Part shown: positions 61,139 through 64,000 of the stretch, in pieces | Layout of the letters: every line of letters begins with the position of its first letter | Numbering within the stretch: position 1 is the first letter of the stretch | DNA from: Syntrophaceae bacterium UBA4054 | GTDB lineage: Bacteria; Desulfobacterota; Syntrophia; Syntrophales; UBA4778 | Direction: 5' to 3' | Length of the DNA stretch: 64,000 nucleotides | NCBI GenBank assembly: GCA_002383495.1 | Contig: DFZO01000029.1 | Coordinates: 1,039 to 65,038 of the forward strand | Position numbers and translations under genes: made by a program | The notes under the pieces: generated by a model | Told to the model about the DNA's origin: nothing | What the model saw: the letters and a program-made list of their open reading frames with translations, nothing else | Databases searched by the model: none

Positions 61139-62953
61139 ATGTTGAAGAGCCCCCGGTCCGACATGAAACACACTGTATTCCTTCACGATGCCGAACGGAA
61201 GCACTGGCTGCTTTTTCAGGCCCCCCATCGGGTATTTCAGACGGAAAAGACAGAAGATGTCCTGCCGATCCTCCATCGGGTCGAGAACTCCGTCCGGAAG
61301 GAAGGCCTTCATGCCGCAGGTTTTATCAGTTACGAGGCAGGACCTGCGTTTGACCCGGTTCTCGAAGTCAGGCGCGATGGGGCCTTTCCCTTGGTCTGGT
61401 TTGGATTATTCGGGAAACCGGAAATATTATCTGATCCTCCTTTGCCCGATCACTCCTGCTCCATAAGCGATTGGAATCCTTCCATTGACCGATTGAGCTA
61501 CAACCTGGCCGTCGATCGGGTCAAAAACTACATTGCCGATGGCGAGACCTATCAGGTGAACCTCACGATGCGCCTGATAGCCTCTTTCAAAGGGGAACCC
61601 TTGGCGCTTTTTCATCAGCTCAATCAATTCCAGTGTGCGGATTATGCTGCATTCGTCGACACGGGAAGGTATTCCATCTGCTCGGCATCCCCTGAACTCT
61701 TCTTCGCGCTTGACGGTCATCAACTGAGTACGCGCCCCATGAAAGGGACCGCGGCACGCGGGCGCTGGTCCGAAGAAGACAGGGCGTTGGCCCGATGGCT
61801 GGGGAACGACGAGAAAAACAGAGCGGAAAACGTGATGATTGTGGATATGATGCGGAACGATCTGGGCCGTATTGCGGAAATGGGTTCCGTACAGGTTCAT
61901 CGCCTTTTTCAGATTGAACAATACCCAACCCTGTGGCAGATGACGTCCACCGTCTCCTCAAGCACGAAAGCAGGACTGCCTGAAATAATGACGGCACTCT
62001 TCCCGTGCGCTTCCATCACCGGCGCCCCGAAGCCCAGGACGATGCGGATCATCGCCGAACTGGAGACGATGCCTCGCAGGGTCTATACCGGCTGCATCGG
62101 ATTCATGGCCCCGAAACGCCGGGCACAGTTCAATGTGGCCATTCGCACCGCCATTGTGGATAAAGAGACGGGATCCGCCGAGTACGGCGTTGGAGGCGGC
62201 ATCGTTTGGGATTCAACTCCGGGAGACGAATATGAAGAATGCATGGTCAAGGCAAAAGTGCTGACTGAGAAGAGGCCGGAATTTGAACTGCTCGAAACCC
62301 TGCTCTGGGAGCCGCACGCGGGCTTCTTTCTTCTCGACTATCACCTGCGTCGTTTGGAGGGATCGGCACGGTATTTCGGCTTTCCTTTTGAAAGGGAGGC
62401 CGTCCTTCAAAAGCTCCGGCAGTTGCAAAGCGGCTTTGCCGGGCCGCAGAGAGTGCGAGTTCTATTTAGTCGGCACGGCGCTTTGACATGCCAGGCGGCC
62501 CCATTGCAGTTCCCCCCAAAAAAGAAAGCCGTCCGCCTCGGGATCGCTCCAACGCCCGTGAGTCGCTTTGATATTTTTCTCTACCATAAGACCACGTTTC
62601 GAAAGCTCTATACCGACGCCCGGAAGGGTCGTACGGCCTGTGATGACGTTCTCCTCTGGAATGACCGGGAAGAAATAACGGAATCGTGCATCGCCAATGT
62701 CGTTATTTTCCACGACGGTGAATGGATGACCCCGCCCGTAGAATGCGGTTTGCTTCCGGGCACCTGCCGGGCGTGGTTGCTCGACCAAGGGAAAATACGC
62801 GAGAAACCGATCACAATTGAAATGTTGAAGCGCGCCGAAAGGGTTTGTCTCATCAACTCGGTCAGAAAGTGGTATGAAGCCCGGATTGACATCGGTGATA
62901 TCTCCGGAAGCTGCATAAACATTCCCGCCGAAGGGTTCGCTCATGACGATTAA
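61139..62953 (+). CDS. aminodeoxychorismate synthase component I fused to aminodeoxychorismate lyase-like class-IV aminotransferase domain
   Basis: Chorismate-binding motifs (SPELFF, PMKGTAARG, ENVMIVDMMRNDLGR, SITGAPK, GGGIVWDS) up to about aa 400. This is followed by a PabC/IlvE-fold segment (FELLETLLW...YHLRRLEGSARYF...). Confidence 0.8.
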   Translation: MLKSPRSDMKHTVFLHDAERKHWLLFQAPHRVFQTEKTEDVLPILHRVENSVRKEGLHAAGFISYEAGPAFDPVLEVRRDGAFPLVWFGLFGKPEILSDPPLPDHSCSISDWNPSIDRLSYNLAVDRVKNYIADGETYQVNLTMRLIASFKGEPLALFHQLNQFQCADYAAFVDTGRYSICSASPELFFALDGHQLSTRPMKGTAARGRWSEEDRALARWLGNDEKNRAENVMIVDMMRNDLGRIAEMGSVQVHRLFQIEQYPTLWQMTSTVSSSTKAGLPEIMTALFPCASITGAPKPRTMRIIAELETMPRRVYTGCIGFMAPKRRAQFNVAIRTAIVDKETGSAEYGVGGGIVWDSTPGDEYEECMVKAKVLTEKRPEFELLETLLWEPHAGFFLLDYHLRRLEGSARYFGFPFEREAVLQKLRQLQSGFAGPQRVRVLFSRHGALTCQAAPLQFPPKKKAVRLGIAPTPVSRFDIFLYHKTTFRKLYTDARKGRTACDDVLLWNDREEITESCIANVVIFHDGEWMTPPVECGLLPGTCRAWLLDQGKIREKPITIEMLKRAERVCLINSVRKWYEARIDIGDISGSCINIPAEGFAHDD

Positions 62954-63012
62954 AAAGGCAGAACGAATTCGATTGTTTTTTCCATGCAAGAATCTGTTCC
63001 TGAATCTGTTCC

Positions 63013-63041
63013 TTGACTTAAACGGAAATCCGCCATATACT
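63013..63041 (+). promoter_or_regulatory. candidate sigma-70 promoter of ssrA
   Basis: TTGACT (63013-63018), 17 nt, TATACT (63036-63041), about 43 nt upstream of the mature tmRNA 5' end. Confidence 0.5.
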
Positions 63042-63083
63042 ATATTTGCTTTTAGTTATCCCATCGCAGCAATTCTCCGAAAG

Positions 63084-63438
63084 GGGGGCGAAACGGTTTC
63101 GACGGGGATATGGAAGCTGTAGCGGCATACCGAGGTTCCTACCAGGCCTCGTTAAACAGGTAGGAAACATTTAAGCGCAACCAATTACGATTACGCTTTA
63201 GCCGCGTAAGACGGCTACGTTCTACTGATCCCGCCTGTCGGATCAGATAAGGGCGTCATAAAGGCAGGATAGCTGATTTCGCTTTCCCGAAGCGAGAAGG
63301 GCGAAAACCAAAAGGGATAGTTCCCGATTAATCCTGCCTTTGGGAGTTTTCTGGAACGAAACCAAAACAGAGGCTATGTATGTAGAAGCTGCAGTGGAAT
63401 ATTTTCGGACGCGGGTTCGACTCCCGCCGCCTCCACCA
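63084..63438 (+). ncRNA. ssrA: tmRNA (SsrA), 355 nt
   Basis: 5' GGGGGCGAAACGGTTTCGACGGGG pairs with 3' ...GGACGCGGGTTCGACTCCCGCCGCCTCCACCA (acceptor stem with G3:U, T arm, CCA). Tag reading frame 63177-63209 is GCA ACC AAT TAC GAT TAC GCT TTA GCC GCG TAA, giving ATNYDYALAA. Confidence 0.93.
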
Positions 63439-63472
63439 AGACCTAATCCAGCACTGTCCTAAGAAGTACAAA

Positions 63473-63499
63473 AACCCGTTAGAAATAGCGGGTTTTTTC
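63473..63499 (+). terminator. rho-independent terminator after ssrA
   Basis: Stem AACCCG / CGGGTT with a 10-nt loop, followed by TTTTTC. Confidence 0.6.
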
Positions 63500-63619
63500 T
63501 TGCAATTCGTCCAGCGACGTGCTATGCGGTTTATCAACATCCGGCATTTATGGGGGTATATTTAAGGTCAAAATACCCCCAAAGAATAACGCGTACCCCC
63601 AAAATAGGAGGAAACGTCC

Positions 63620-64000
63620 ATGCCCAAAAGGATTACGCCCCTTTCAGAAACCAGGGTCCGCACAGTGAAAGCCAAAGCAGACGCCTTCAAGCTTTTCGAC
63701 GGGGGAGGTCTTTTCCTCCTCGTTACCCCTTCGGGCGGGAAACTCTGGAGGTTAAAGTACAGTTTCGAGGGAAAATCAAAATTGATTGCCCTGGGGACAT
63801 ATCCTGAAACGAGCCTTGCCGCTGCAAGACAGCGGCGAGAAAAGGCCAGAAAGCAGCTTGCCGATGGAGTTGACCCCGGTGCGGTCAGAAAGGCGCAGAA
63901 GCAGGCGGACACAGCGGAAGCAGAAGTCTTTGAGGTAATCGCCCGGGAATGGCATGCGAAATTCACCCCGACATGGACGCCGGGGCATGCCGTCACGATT
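63620..64000 (+). CDS. int: P4-type tyrosine integrase, N-terminal part (3' end beyond window)
   Basis: Not in the ORF track because there is no stop in the window. ATG 63620 follows AGGAGG. Translation MPKRITPLSETRVRTVKAKADAFKLFDGGGLFLLVTPSGGKLWRLKYSFEGKSKLIALGTYPETSLAAARQRREKARKQLADGVDP matches the arm-binding DUF4102 N-terminus of P4-like integrases. Confidence 0.85.
   Translation, partial: MPKRITPLSETRVRTVKAKADAFKLFDGGGLFLLVTPSGGKLWRLKYSFEGKSKLIALGTYPETSLAAARQRREKARKQLADGVDPGAVRKAQKQADTAEAEVFEVIAREWHAKFTPTWTPGHAVTI

Noticed and set aside
63328-63996. Track ORFs 63328-63540 (-), 63550-63807 (+) and 63568-63996 (-).
   Set aside because: They overlap the tmRNA gene or lie out of frame or antisense to the integrase reading frame, which has a clear family match.

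Overview
This 64-kb chromosomal window is mostly core housekeeping genes. The gene content suggests an anaerobic, probably Desulfobacterota-type (delta-proteobacterial) bacterium; that assignment is a guess from gene content, not verified. Core genes, in order:
- carB (5'-truncated) and purF, followed by a GAF/sigma-54 activator
- atpZ-atpI-atpB, with atpE displaced 5.6 kb away on the other strand
- fcl-gmd, a TviB-type sugar dehydrogenase, hemL, and an AhbA/B-like siroheme decarboxylase
- an ArfB-like GGQ protein and an ACT-domain protein
- a four-subunit 2-oxoacid:ferredoxin oxidoreductase
- ribD and rmlA/rmlC-like genes
- argS, then ffh-rpsP-KH-rimM-trmD-SPOUT-rplS-rnhB-yraN-rsmI, then pgsA
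- tRNA-Val(GAC), then thrS-infC-rpmI-rplT-pheS-pheT-ihfA-merR
- PTS IID-ptsH-ptsI, plsB, an HD-GYP protein, eno, ttcA, smpB, a pabB-pabC fusion, and tmRNA

Non-core or unusual content:
1. A c-di-GMP-I (GEMM-I) riboswitch-like leader lies in front of a pilD plus FimT/PilV/PilW-like minor-pilin operon.
2. A three-gene plus-strand cassette (DUF4124 protein plus two diverged PilX_N paralogues carrying an invariant DxDxDG block) sits between the ferredoxin subunit and the alpha subunit of the minus-strand oxidoreductase operon.
3. A roughly 174-bp MITE-like element with terminal inverted repeats has 3 long and at least 2 partial copies. One copy abuts the pheT start.
4. At least ten short 7-nt (one 8-nt) periodic arrays sit at gene ends.
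5. A P4-type integrase gene lies immediately downstream of tmRNA and runs off the window edge, probably marking a genomic-island boundary.
6. An SPFH/multi-zinc-ribbon gene pair is present.
7. A candidate Arg-codon-rich leader plus terminator precedes argS.

I saw no rRNA, no CRISPR array, and no recognisable defence or toxin system. I cannot point to a clear-cut novel multi-gene system; the best candidates are listed in the findings. All calls are from reading the ORF track and sequence by eye. No database search was run.
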